The notes under the pieces were generated by a model. The model did no database searches, was not told the DNA's origin, and saw nothing but the letters and a program-made list of their open reading frames with translations. The position numbers were made by a program, and so were the translations under genes. A DNA stretch of 64,000 nt from Candidatus Cloacimonadales bacterium (GTDB taxonomy: Bacteria; Cloacimonadota; Cloacimonadia; Cloacimonadales; JAFGVF01): assembly GCA_963667035.1 (NCBI GenBank), contig OY762964.1:2496001-2560000 (forward strand). The letters are read 5' to 3'. Below, piece after piece: positions 1 to 10,588 of the stretch; position 1 is the first letter of the stretch, and each line of letters begins with the position of its first letter.

Positions 1-1272
1 TTCTGCATGACAACCTTGATACTTTGGAACAAAGTAATGCTTCCAATCTCTGAATAGATTTTTAACAACAACCGATAGTCTGTAGTAGATAAACTTACAT
101 AATTCCTTTAGATTACTCTTTTTACTAAGCATAATGTGTTGATACATTTCCGCAAAGTCGTATCGATACTTATCCAAAGAATAAAGATAACTGACTGCCA
201 ATAATAACATGCAGTTCAGATTTCTTAACCTGTCCAATGTCATAACCTGCATATCTTCCCACGAATACTCCTGCTTCACATGACGGTGTACTTCTTCTAC
301 TTTCCAGCGGAGACGATACCCTCTTATTGCAGTTGTTATCAACTCCAAATCACTAAGGTCTCGATTTGGAAAATCACAGTTCAAATAGAAAAAACCTTTG
401 AGGCAATCTTTTCCTGATTCGTCTTTCTTAATATAACGGGCAACGACAAGGTTAGAATAAACAAGTGTTGCCTTTTTCTTGTGATGAGCATCAACTGGCA
501 CTCCAACTCTGATTACTCCGGCGATAAGAGTTGCATTACCGGATTGGATTCTATACTTCAATTTCACATGTTTAGTAGCTTTCTTAAATGATATTTCCTT
601 ACCATTTACATAAAGGTTACGATTACCTTTGACGCGAATGATATATGAAGCCTCATTCTCTGTTAAATAGTTGATTACTACCTTATCATCATAACCTCTA
701 TCCATTACATATATCCCTTTATTTCCTGAATACACCTGAATATCATTGATCCGATCAAACACAGACTGTTTCAGTATGCCCGGATCTTCGTCGTTAGTAT
801 GCAATTCAGACACAAGAGGACGTATCTCAAGCGAATGACCTTCTTTTGATACTCTGATTATATCTAATACTTCATAACCGTTACACCACTCGCCTGTACT
901 GCCGTCTCTAACTCTGGTTAATCCTTCCATCTTCTTTGAATGGCTTTTCATTATGTCGCTGGGATCAATGACTATCAGGTCATAAGATGCTATCTTCTTG
1001 CTTTCACAAATCAGATGAATATTTGATAGATTTTTGTACAACTCAGGTTTTGATAAATGACGACGATATCGTTCGCAGAGCTTTTCTAATGAGATATTCA
1101 CTTCATGGCTCATTGCAATCCTTCTGATTATACAACTACCGGATTTCAAAATGCCACTGACAAGCTCTTTTACAAATTTCTTCTCTTTGATAGTACAGCT
1201 ATGTGTGACTTTGTTGATGAATTTTGAAAATTTAGCTTGCAGATTATGCTTTTTTATTATTGATAGTTCCAT
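1..1272 (-). CDS. IS4-family DDE transposase (3' end truncated by window)
   Basis: Same sequence as the 431-aa ORF at 45091-46386; ATG at 1272; DRGYD and Y-x2-R-x3-E-x6-K motifs. Confidence 0.93.
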   Translation of the reverse strand, partial: MELSIIKKHNLQAKFSKFINKVTHSCTIKEKKFVKELVSGILKSGSCIIRRIAMSHEVNISLEKLCERYRRHLSKPELYKNLSNIHLICESKKIASYDLIVIDPSDIMKSHSKKMEGLTRVRDGSTGEWCNGYEVLDIIRVSKEGHSLEIRPLVSELHTNDEDPGILKQSVFDRINDIQVYSGNKGIYVMDRGYDDKVVINYLTENEASYIIRVKGNRNLYVNGKEISFKKATKHVKLKYRIQSGNATLIAGVIRVGVPVDAHHKKKATLVYSNLVVARYIKKDESGKDCLKGFFYLNCDFPNRDLSDLELITTAIRGYRLRWKVEEVHRHVKQEYSWEDMQVMTLDRLRNLNCMLLLAVSYLYSLDKYRYDFAEMYQHIMLSKKSNLKELCKFIYYRLSVVVKNLFRDWKHYFVPKYQGCHAE

Positions 1273-1423
1273 ATAGTGAGTTCCTTTTGTTTTATTTTAA
1301 GCGTAACAACAATAAATAGGGACTCACTCTTTTCAAGCTTTTTCTTGACTATTTTTATACTTAAATTACCACTTTTTCAGTCACTTATTATGACCATTAT
1401 TCTAAATTTCGGGGGGATGCTTG
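1..1423 (-). mobile_element. IS4-family insertion sequence, copy 1 (left part outside window)
   Basis: Matches 45115-46537 (offset 45114) with no differences seen in spot checks; ends in the terminal IR CGGGGGGATGCTTG at 1423. Confidence 0.95.
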
Positions 1424-1919
1424 TTAAGTAATATATATGGTTTTCATCCAAGCTACGCCTAACAAGCACAATCAATTAATTCTTATAGAGTTATATATGT
1501 AACTTTATTCAAATCACTAATGCTAATGTAGACTTAATAAACAGCAATTGACCAATCATAAGAATACTATTAATGCAAAGTACTTTTAGTATTTTATTAT
1601 AAATCATTTTTAGACTGATGTAGTCGTGTGAAAACAGGGATACTTAACCATGGATAATTATCTGATTGTCAAGTATGTCCCAAAGCATTATCATTGACTA
1701 ACTCACAAGATAATAATCTATTAATCTCTTACACCCCAAAAGCTTGAAACATGATAGTGTATATAACACTACTAATCATAAATTTCTGGGAATTAGCAAT
1801 TCAATGTTTTCAATTTATTCATGAAGTCTACAAACATATCTACATATAAAAATCATTGACAGTTAAACCTAAAGTAGCAGGTATTGTTATAATGCATAAA
1901 TAACACACTGGAGTTAAAA

Positions 1920-2783
1920 ATGAATTCTAATATTAGGGAGATACCATCATTATTCACAATTGATGTAGAAGACTATTATCACTTCTTCGAAAATAGAGGA
2001 GCTCCTCCTGTTGAGGAGTGGGATTCGATTCCCAATAGAGTAGAAAAGAATTTTAGAATTCTTTTGGAAATCCTAAACAAGCATGAAGTAAAAGCGACAT
2101 GTTTTTTTTTAGGATATGTTGGGAAACGGTTTCCAAAACTTGTTAAAGAAGCTTACGAAGCAGGACATGACATTGGAGCACATAGTATGCATCACTCTCT
2201 TATTTTTAATATGACAGAGCAACAGTTCTATGAAGATGTGCTGAGAAATAAAGAAATACTGGAGAATATTATTGGAGATAGAGTTGAAGGATTTAGAAGT
2301 CCAAGCTTTTCATTAACTGATTCTACTCCTTGGTTCTATGAGGTTTTATGTAGAGCTGGGTATACTTTTGATTCATCGTTGTTCCCTGCTTCAAGAGAGA
2401 ATGGTGGATATGCCGGAACTCGTAAAGACCCTCATATTGTTGAGACTAAGTATGGGACAATCTGCGAATTTCCTATAACTGTCGCACCTGTATTTAGTAA
2501 AGACATATGCTTTTTTGGCGGTGGGTATCTAAGACTTTTCCCAAGAAGCATTATAATGCAAATGAGTAAGAAAGTTAATAAGTTAGGATTACCCGTATTA
2601 TATTATTTACATCCAAGGGAAATCGATCCAGACCATCCAAGGCTTAAAATGAAACCTATAGGTTATTTTAAATCATATGTAAATCTTAAGACTGTAAAAC
2701 CTAAGCTTGACACGATTCTGAGTAGTAACAAGTTTATGACACTTAGAGAATATAAAAATATATTGATTGAAAATTGTATTTGA
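1920..2783 (+). CDS. Polysaccharide deacetylase (CE4/NodB with DUF3473-type C-terminus)
   Basis: TIDVEDYYH, HSMHH, GFRSPSFS, GGGYLRLFP and YLHPREID motifs; GGAG RBS. Confidence 0.9.
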   Translation: MNSNIREIPSLFTIDVEDYYHFFENRGAPPVEEWDSIPNRVEKNFRILLEILNKHEVKATCFFLGYVGKRFPKLVKEAYEAGHDIGAHSMHHSLIFNMTEQQFYEDVLRNKEILENIIGDRVEGFRSPSFSLTDSTPWFYEVLCRAGYTFDSSLFPASRENGGYAGTRKDPHIVETKYGTICEFPITVAPVFSKDICFFGGGYLRLFPRSIIMQMSKKVNKLGLPVLYYLHPREIDPDHPRLKMKPIGYFKSYVNLKTVKPKLDTILSSNKFMTLREYKNILIENCI

Positions 2784-3340
2784 GTGATAAAGAAAGAACT
2801 GTTAGTTTTTTTGATGATTATTCTAAAGAATTCAGTTCTATATACCACACTAAAAATGATTTATATCATAAGCTAATCAATAAGTGGTTCAGGACATTAT
2901 GGGATTGTCTTAGCAAAACAAGTATTTAATCAGTATCGGGAATTGATCTTGCTCCCTAAATGTTAGAGCTGTCTAGAACTCATACTAAATTGCTGGAGTA
3001 GACTCAATCTGCAAATATGAAATAAAAAAACTTCTATGAGTTAGATGAAAACAAATAGTTTAACTACTTAGTGTTTATGGGATTCATGAATTATATTGAA
3101 TATACACGAAAACTAATCTTGCTTTAGATAAGATATTGTTCAGTTTCCCAACTTCTATAGGATTTCTTGCTTAGCTAAGAAAAAAAGATACAAATTTAAA
3201 TGTCCCCCTTGTATTTATACTCTGAGAAGTAATTAAATGATTTATTTTTTGAGTTTAGTGATTGGAATTTTAAGGTTGAAAATATTACTAGAGAGTTCTT
3301 TGTTACAACGAGCAAAAATATTTATTTAGCAGTCTTTTTA
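2780..3340 (+). pseudogene. Decayed class I SAM-dependent methyltransferase
   Basis: Hand translation across frames: MSDKERTVSFFDDYSKEFSSIY...KWFR / GSGHYGIVLAKQ / GIDLAP*MLELSR / FNYLVFMGFMNYIE / FSFPTSIGFLA*LRKKRYK, with several stops and frameshifts. The end coordinate is approximate. Confidence 0.7.
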
Positions 3341-4260
3341 TAGCACCAGTTTAGATTGACCTGACTATTATTGTAGTTCTCATTCCTGATTAGATGTAAG
3401 ACTTTTATTAATACATTTGGCCTAAACTGTTCATTTTCAAGCATACCCAATCCCCCAGCTCGGTGAGTACTAATTATAGCATTATCCAATTTATTAAATG
3501 GATATAACATTCTTCCGAAGTTTTGGGGTAGTTATACCAAACATCAAGTGCAGCTCCAGCTACATATTTATCCCGTAATGCTTCATATAAAGCAGTCTCT
3601 TCAACAGTATCTAGCCTACCAGGATTAATCTTTTCATCAGTTTAAAATATCGTAATTGAAGTAGTTCCTTGTTTTCAACGTGAAAGGTAGCAAGTTCACT
3701 ATTATATTATAATCATCAATTATATCATTTAGTTGATTGAGAGAATAAATGCTTATTGTGTTATCGATGTTTCTTTGCTTTATCTTATATCAAAAAGTTT
3801 AAAATAGCTCTCTAAAATCTTCCCGATTGAGCAGTAACCGCATAATAAAACTGATTTGTTCTTTAAAAGGGGAAAAGGATTACTACCATATCAAAATGAC
3901 CAATCATCATTTCTGAACACAGCTTATCAGCTATTAAGATATGCTTTGATAGAGCAAAGATAAAGCCTATCACCGCTTCAGCTACAGTAGCGGAATCATG
4001 ATGAATGTTTAGAACTTTTACCTGATCATATTTTAATAAGAGCTCTTTTGTTTAGCTAGGAACTCCGTCAAAAGGAATGACTAGGAACTTAAGTTGTTTG
4101 AGATGCTTGATTTAAGTTTCATTGAGGTAACCTAATACCATAATCTGAGTATCTGAAGAAATATTTTTGCTAAGAGTAAATCGGAAACTACTAGCTAATA
4201 CTTTTATAAAACTTTGTCCAAATCCTGATCAGGATTTCTGTAGTAATGGACTTTTATCAT
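3322..4260 (-). pseudogene. Decayed D-isomer-specific 2-hydroxyacid dehydrogenase
   Basis: Fragments MIKVHYY..* / LKFLVIPFDGVPS*...NIHHDSATVAEA / IIVNLLPFT / INPGRLDTVEETALYEALRDKYVAGAALDVWYNYP / YPFNKLDNAIISTHRAGG; ATG at 4260, directly after wzx. Confidence 0.85.
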
Positions 4261-4271
4261 TTTTTATGAAG

Positions 4272-5840
4272 TTATCGCTTGATTTTACTTAAAGCATATT
4301 CCCTAATCTGTTTTTTCTCCCATCTCTCCATACCTAATATCCATGTAAGGAGTATGTATACCGCAATTATTATCAATGTATATACAAAGATAATCAAAAG
4401 ATTGTCAGGATAAGCAAAATTGTATAATCCTATTGCAATTGCAAGAGTAACAAAACCTATGAATAATGTTCTCATAATTGATATTCTAAAATATTCTTTA
4501 AAGCTTAACTCAGAGAATTTAATTGCAGCTGGGATATTATAAACAAAAGCCAGTATCACATTGGGTATAAAAGTTCCTAAAGCTACTCCAACTATATTAA
4601 AGTTAGGTATTGTATATTTACTCCAAGTCAAAGATGTGGGCAAGATGCGAAGTAACAAAATACTTAATCCAAGATTAGCAAGGCACTCTATAATAGCAAT
4701 CTTGGTTAGTATTTTTTGCTTGTTCAGCATAAGAAGTATGTATACAGAGCTACTTCTAAAAAACAGAAGTACATACATTGATATCAGCAAAATTACAGCT
4801 ACTGTTAATCCCATAGGGTCAGTTAACTCCAACCATAATTTTAGCAGAGGCTTTACAAAGACAAGCAATGGGATCAACAATAATGTGGAGATTATACCCA
4901 TTAAACGATTAGATTGAAGCATAATCTCAGCAAGTTTCCCGGTATGACCTGCAGCGTTTAAAGATGCAGCAACCGGAGATAAATTGTCTAAGAATTGAGC
5001 TGAAAAACGTCTAAAAGTTTCTGCTAGACGCGATGCTATCTGATAAATAGCTACTAGTGCAACTGATGAAAATACGGAAATCACTAGTTGATCAGTTCTA
5101 AATATTATTAGATTCGTAAACGTTATAAGGTAGGCATAAACCGAAAAACCCATGACTTGCTTCAATATTGACCGATCATAATACTTTAAAGATATACGCA
5201 TCTCCCTTAGTTTATAAAATGCAGCTCCTGCCATTGCCAGATTTGTTATCAAACTGACACCAATACTAACAATAGCCATTTTTACTAATGGCATAGACAT
5301 CTTCACCGCTAGGATGATGCCAATAAAATTAATAATCATTGAGAAAACTTGTATAAGATTACGTATATGTAAAGCCTGCATACCTCTTAGTACTTCTGTA
5401 AAAAAGCCAAATGGAAAAGTGATTGCTGTGCCTAACCCAAATACAACTAATACAAAATAATAGTAACTTCTGTTTGCATCGTCAAACTTAAAAATATGTT
5501 GTAAATTCTGTCCTAGTATAAAGGTAACAAGAATAATAATGACACCAAGAAGAGCGTAATTAAAAAAGACTGTACTAACAACTCTGTTAAACTTATCCCA
5601 CTGCTTGTTTACAATAGTCTCGCTAGTATATTTCTGAACAGAAGCTCCAAAACCAAAATCCAAGAGTAAACTATACCCAAAAACTGACCACATTAAAGCC
5701 CAGAAACCATAACTTTCCTTATCTAGTCCTAAAAAAAGAGCTCTTGTCATGAAGATAGTTATTACCATCCCCATAAGCATTTTAATGTAATTTGATATTG
5801 TGTTTATTATTAGTCTTTTGCGTAGTCCGGATTCGTTCAT
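4272..5840 (-). CDS. Wzx-type oligosaccharide flippase (MOP/PST family)
   Basis: About 14 hydrophobic segments; LLDFGFG motif; EPS operon context. Confidence 0.88.
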   Translation of the reverse strand: MNESGLRKRLIINTISNYIKMLMGMVITIFMTRALFLGLDKESYGFWALMWSVFGYSLLLDFGFGASVQKYTSETIVNKQWDKFNRVVSTVFFNYALLGVIIILVTFILGQNLQHIFKFDDANRSYYYFVLVVFGLGTAITFPFGFFTEVLRGMQALHIRNLIQVFSMIINFIGIILAVKMSMPLVKMAIVSIGVSLITNLAMAGAAFYKLREMRISLKYYDRSILKQVMGFSVYAYLITFTNLIIFRTDQLVISVFSSVALVAIYQIASRLAETFRRFSAQFLDNLSPVAASLNAAGHTGKLAEIMLQSNRLMGIISTLLLIPLLVFVKPLLKLWLELTDPMGLTVAVILLISMYVLLFFRSSSVYILLMLNKQKILTKIAIIECLANLGLSILLLRILPTSLTWSKYTIPNFNIVGVALGTFIPNVILAFVYNIPAAIKFSELSFKEYFRISIMRTLFIGFVTLAIAIGLYNFAYPDNLLIIFVYTLIIIAVYILLTWILGMERWEKKQIREYALSKIKR

Positions 5841-5846
5841 AAATTA

Positions 5847-6680
5847 TTATTTATCCACCTCTTCGATGCCAGTATGAGACTCCATAATGTCTTCGCCTCT
5901 AAACAATTCAAACTCAACTCTACGATTGACTGGATATATTAAATCAACACCTTCAACATTAACTGTCTCAACCTCACCGTCAGCAAACACACGTAATCTG
6001 GCTTTTGATATACCATTCTTAATCAGATAGTTCATTACACTATTTGCTCTATTCAAAGAAAGTCTTTTATTATAAGGGATATCACCTCTTAAGTCTGCAT
6101 ATCCGTGAATATCTACTTTTAAATCCAAATTTGCTTTAAGCATATCAATAAATGGTTGAAGTTTCACTTCTTGGGTTGGTTCAATATTAATTTGATCAAA
6201 CTTAAAATATATAACCGGAGCAATATAAGCAATCTTTCTTTCAATAATTTTTTCAAGTGTATCTACTTCTGTTATAACAATAGGTTCTCTTTGTGGAGGA
6301 GGATTTAACTCGGTATTATTATCTTCCATATAGTCTTTAAACTTAGGTGGGACATTCATATAAATTGTCATCATTTCAGGAATCGGTGGTACAGAAAGAT
6401 ATAAATTCTGCGTCCATTGATTAGCATTTATCGGAACAGCTCTAATGTTTAACATGGTCTCTTCCGAAAATTCTATTTCAGTCCTAAAAGGTGACTTACC
6501 GACCTTTCTATCATTGATATAAATCATCGCTTTTGTCGGTAGTGTTCTTATAGTAATCTCCTCAACAAATGTACCGTCGTGAATATCCATTGATTTCTTA
6601 AATGGAGCAACAGTATTCGAGCATGACGCAAGAATAATCACTATCACTAGAGAGCTAAACAACATTAAAGTCTTACGCAT
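5847..6680 (-). CDS. Lipoprotein with PEGA-like and C-terminal OmpA peptidoglycan-binding domains
   Basis: Start reassigned to ATG 6680 (MRKTLML); lipobox ILASC; IYINDRKVGKSP; IYFKFDQ...GYADLRG...NKRLSLNRA...NRRVE. Confidence 0.88.
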   Translation of the reverse strand: MRKTLMLFSSLVIVIILASCSNTVAPFKKSMDIHDGTFVEEITIRTLPTKAMIYINDRKVGKSPFRTEIEFSEETMLNIRAVPINANQWTQNLYLSVPPIPEMMTIYMNVPPKFKDYMEDNNTELNPPPQREPIVITEVDTLEKIIERKIAYIAPVIYFKFDQINIEPTQEVKLQPFIDMLKANLDLKVDIHGYADLRGDIPYNKRLSLNRANSVMNYLIKNGISKARLRVFADGEVETVNVEGVDLIYPVNRRVEFELFRGEDIMESHTGIEEVDK

Positions 6681-7848
6681 GATTAATAACCTCTTCCCTG
6701 AGAACTTTTTCTCTTTGTTTATTAATAATATCAAGATTGTATTTATTCAATACTTTGATTTTTGCATTATGAGCAATTTCTTCTCTTTTGTCAACAAATC
6801 TGTACATACTATATATGATTTCAGACATTTTTCTTGAATCAAGTGGATCTATAAGAAAGCCATCCACACCATCCTCAATAATTTCGGAAGGACCATATCT
6901 ATTTGAAGAGATAACGATAACTTCATGGGCCATTGCCTCTATAACAACTCTCCCGAAAGTTTCTGTTGCCATTGTAGGCATAAGTAGAATATGAGATTTA
7001 GCATATTCATTAGAAATATTTTCAGATTTCCCATTAAAAGTAATATACTCTTCTAATTTGTGGTCAATAACCTTATTGAGACATTGTGCTACATAGCCCT
7101 CATCTCCGGCACCAAACACATTTAAGTGAAAGCTCAATTCCGGATAATTATCTCTTAGAACCTTTACAGCATCAATACAAATATGTAATCCTTTCTTTTC
7201 ATCAAGTCTCCCTGAAAATATTAGGCTGAGGCTCTTATCATTCTTTTGGACATCTTGAATATTATTCATGTCAACACCTCGAGGTATTACAGATAGTCTT
7301 AATGGCTTTATCTCATCAGCTAATACTTTACCCATCCAATTAGATACCGATATCACCCTTTTCCAGCTAATTTTCCCAGAGACCATATAAGGACAAATAG
7401 CTTTAACAAATTTTTTTATCTTGGAGTTTATAGAATCAGATAAATAGTTTCTATACCAAAAATCACCGAAATCATATACTATTGGAATTCCTGATTTCTC
7501 AGCAGCAATTGAAGGTGCAATACTTAATGATTGCTGGTTCCATATATATATTAAATCAGGTTTAATAGCCTCAATAAGTTTTGATGTCTTTTTCAGATTT
7601 CTAAATTCTACTTTGCTTTTTTGAAGATAATCACTGCTACTATAATCTATGTATTCGAGTATTCGCATTACTTCACCGGGAAAAAAAGAATTGGCATTAT
7701 AAACATTTGTATCTTTAGTTCCATATTTGCCACATAAGATAAAAACTTCATGCTCTTTGCCTAGATAATCACAAGTATCCTTGCAAGATATCTCATATCC
7801 GCCTTTTGAGTAAGGGGGATAGTAGTTTGTGATTATCAATATCTTCAT
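6673..7848 (-). CDS. GT4 family glycosyltransferase
   Basis: YYPPYSKGGYE, GRLDEKKG and ETFGRVVIEAM motifs. Confidence 0.92.
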   Translation of the reverse strand: MKILIITNYYPPYSKGGYEISCKDTCDYLGKEHEVFILCGKYGTKDTNVYNANSFFPGEVMRILEYIDYSSSDYLQKSKVEFRNLKKTSKLIEAIKPDLIYIWNQQSLSIAPSIAAEKSGIPIVYDFGDFWYRNYLSDSINSKIKKFVKAICPYMVSGKISWKRVISVSNWMGKVLADEIKPLRLSVIPRGVDMNNIQDVQKNDKSLSLIFSGRLDEKKGLHICIDAVKVLRDNYPELSFHLNVFGAGDEGYVAQCLNKVIDHKLEEYITFNGKSENISNEYAKSHILLMPTMATETFGRVVIEAMAHEVIVISSNRYGPSEIIEDGVDGFLIDPLDSRKMSEIIYSMYRFVDKREEIAHNAKIKVLNKYNLDIINKQREKVLREEVINHA

Positions 7849-8801
7849 TACTTGAAGTTCCTTAACACTGAGTATCTTAGAGTTGAAAGTTTATATTTTG
7901 CTGTAGCAACTATACTCCCCATGTATGCTTTACAATATTCACCCGTTCTATTTGCTACATGCATAGGTTTAGGAATAGGAGGTAAAGAGTATCCTTCAAT
8001 ACGAGCCCATTCTAATAGGTCCTGCACTAACTTATAATATCTAAGTGTTTTCACACTCCATCCTGTCCATGGTTTCTGGGCAAGACCAAAGTGTACTAAA
8101 TAGGGTGGATTACCTATATCAAGAAGATATTTAGAAATCTTTGGAATCTCATTGGAATATGCAAATAGGGAATTGAAAACAGACTCATCAGTCATAGAAT
8201 AGGCTTGATCCTTCTTATTATAGACATTTGCTAATCTACTTGGAAGAACCTTTAGCATCTGTGATTGCCATTTGTAAATGAAAGGATAGCTATCTTTGTG
8301 AATAACAAAGCAATTAGTCTGTCCTACCGTTTCAATACGTGAAGTTTCTCTCTCTCCTATATCTTGCCTCCAAGTTTCTAAAACTTCTTCAGGAATAAGT
8401 CCCACCTTATCAATTTTTTTATAGTAGTTCCTGTAAACGGTTGCATTTTCTTCTTTCTCTCTAAATCTCATCTGAATCCCGTCTTGAGTGGTGACTAACA
8501 AATCGGTAATATCGTGAGTAACAATGCAATCAGAGTCCATCCATATAACCCAATCGGTTTTAGCTGCAAGTATTGCTTGAGGCTTCATAACACAGACACA
8601 TTGGTTTCCTGGATTTATTCCTTCAACAACTTCAACATCAGGAAACTGACTGAGATATGCCATCTGCTCTTCGGTAAAATCATAAACACTAACGACTATC
8701 TTTGTGTTAAGATTAAACTTCCTTATAGAGACTATCAGAAGTAATGCTCCCCAAAGATAGTTTGCATCACATGCTGTGACTATAGTTTTATTTGTAGTCA
8801 T
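7848..8801 (-). CDS. Putative GT-A fold glycosyltransferase (GT8-like)
   Basis: IVTACDANY, WMDSDC (DxD), DESVFN and HFGLAQKPW motifs. Confidence 0.7.
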   Translation of the reverse strand: MTTNKTIVTACDANYLWGALLLIVSIRKFNLNTKIVVSVYDFTEEQMAYLSQFPDVEVVEGINPGNQCVCVMKPQAILAAKTDWVIWMDSDCIVTHDITDLLVTTQDGIQMRFREKEENATVYRNYYKKIDKVGLIPEEVLETWRQDIGERETSRIETVGQTNCFVIHKDSYPFIYKWQSQMLKVLPSRLANVYNKKDQAYSMTDESVFNSLFAYSNEIPKISKYLLDIGNPPYLVHFGLAQKPWTGWSVKTLRYYKLVQDLLEWARIEGYSLPPIPKPMHVANRTGEYCKAYMGSIVATAKYKLSTLRYSVLRNFK

Positions 8802-9199
8802 TATCCGGTGACTCCTTTAATAATATCAGTAAGATGTTTATCCGGAAACAAATCAATTCCGGCAATGCTTTTAAGAAGATACATAAGAACGAATATTAAT
8901 GCTAGTATTAAAATTGTTGAGAATAAATATGTAAAGATTTTTGCAACAACTACTATACCTTTATCAACATCACCTTTATCTAAGGCTTTAAAACTATTTC
9001 TAATGTCTTCACCAAAAATAAGGACAATATACCATCGCTTTATAAACCAGAACGAGAAACGAATATCTATAATACCTCTTGATGGGACAGGCGGTAACAT
9101 TCTTTTTAACAAACCCATTAGCTCTTTTCTCTGAGCATGTGATAAGTTTTGTTTGAAGTCTGTACTTCCAATAACTTTTCTATCTTTGTTGTTATCCAT
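8801..9199 (-). CDS. Small membrane protein of unknown function
   Basis: Likely start ATG 9199 overlapping the upstream stop; one C-terminal TM followed by YLLKSIAGIDLFP. Confidence 0.65.
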   Translation of the reverse strand: MDNNKDRKVIGSTDFKQNLSHAQRKELMGLLKRMLPPVPSRGIIDIRFSFWFIKRWYIVLIFGEDIRNSFKALDKGDVDKGIVVVAKIFTYLFSTILILALIFVLMYLLKSIAGIDLFPDKHLTDIIKGVTG

Positions 9200-10538
9200 G
9201 TCTAATGCTCTTTGTTTCTTCTTTATCCATTCGGTACATGATGCTAATAATTGCAAAAACAAGCATTAACTGATAGAAATTATTTGTTTGTTTTAGCACC
9301 CACTCTAGCACTGATTCTAAGTAAATAGCAATAAGACCCCCCAGAAAAGCAATTGATAGAAACTGATAAGGCTTCCCTTTATATTTAATAAAATTTCTTA
9401 GATTCAAGAAGTAGAAATAGAATATAAACAAGAAGAAAAGTACTAGAGTATGCCAACCGCATTCCGCTGCAATCATTAAGTATATAGTCTCAACTAAGCC
9501 ATTACGCTCGTCAGGATCCTCTTCATCATGCATGGGTATGTGAGAACTGTAATTATATGGTGGATTAATTTTAACACCAAAATTGTTTAATCCAACTCCC
9601 AAACGTTTATCATTAGCCATTTTTTGAGCTGCTATCGCAAGGTCTATTCTAGTATTGGCTGAAGCTTCAGGAGCTGTTTCAAACCTCTCTGTGATCGAGT
9701 CCCATGCTCTCATTAGAATGAACATACTAAAAATTGCTAATGTAAGAGCTATTAGTAACTTCTTGTGAGTGTATCCCGCTTGAAAAGATAACAACAATAC
9801 TATTACAACTGAAAGAGCAAACAGAACCATTCCTGCTCTTGAAAGTGTCGAGATAACCGATATCGCAGCCATACCAAAAATGCCTATCCATATCATAGTC
9901 TTCAATTTGCTGTGTTCTTTATTGTTTAATAAATAAGCAAACACAATTGAGCCGTAAATAATCATATACATAACAAGTGAATTTTGATGCGGAAACGGAC
10001 CGGCAACTTGAAACTGATGGTTCAGGTATTTCTGCCTGACCACTTCATAGAAAACATATAAAGTAATTGTAGCAATACAGCGTAAGAATAGGTTAAGAGT
10101 TTCTTTATCTCGTATATAGTTATACATAGTCCAGAAATAGACATACATTCTCATCATCTTCCAAACTTCAAACCAAGAATAAAGTGTATCGGAAGAGTTT
10201 ACCATAGATATCATACTGGATATAAAGTATAAGAAGTATAAAATAGTTCCCGGTGGGATTAAAAGTTTATGTTTATGAGATCTCTTTATAACTATAAGAA
10301 ATAAAATCATGGTAGCAAGGTCTACCATACCAATTTCAAATCCTTTAGAAGTTAATCTCATCCATTCTCTTGAATAGAAATTAATATCCTCCATCCTAGC
10401 TGTAAAGAAGATGGATAAGAAAAAAACTATTTTTTCGACTATCGGACGTCGGATGGCATAATTATAACCAATTGGGACACCAATAATAAGCGCTAGGAAA
10501 AAGAAAACATACTTATACGCTGATAAAGCTTCAGTCAA
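9192..10538 (-). CDS. O-antigen ligase/Wzy polymerase family protein
   Basis: Many TMs; GPFPHQNSL, TLSRAG and LGVGLNNF; TTG start with GGAG RBS. Confidence 0.85.
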   Translation of the reverse strand: MTEALSAYKYVFFFLALIIGVPIGYNYAIRRPIVEKIVFFLSIFFTARMEDINFYSREWMRLTSKGFEIGMVDLATMILFLIVIKRSHKHKLLIPPGTILYFLYFISSMISMVNSSDTLYSWFEVWKMMRMYVYFWTMYNYIRDKETLNLFLRCIATITLYVFYEVVRQKYLNHQFQVAGPFPHQNSLVMYMIIYGSIVFAYLLNNKEHSKLKTMIWIGIFGMAAISVISTLSRAGMVLFALSVVIVLLLSFQAGYTHKKLLIALTLAIFSMFILMRAWDSITERFETAPEASANTRIDLAIAAQKMANDKRLGVGLNNFGVKINPPYNYSSHIPMHDEEDPDERNGLVETIYLMIAAECGWHTLVLFFLFIFYFYFLNLRNFIKYKGKPYQFLSIAFLGGLIAIYLESVLEWVLKQTNNFYQLMLVFAIISIMYRMDKEETKSIRHG

Positions 10539-10588
10539 TTCGCTACTCCCTTGTCGCTTTCGTCATTAATTTACCTATAACAAGAGAG

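Noticed and set aside
1457..1496. Integron attC site (GCCTAAC...GTTATAT)
   Set aside because: Only about 40 bp, no L-box pairing, and no cassette ORF or integrase.
2780..4260. Stop-codon recoding explaining the interrupted frames
   Set aside because: Interruptions include TAA, TAG, TGA and frameshifts, and intact genes use all three stops normally.
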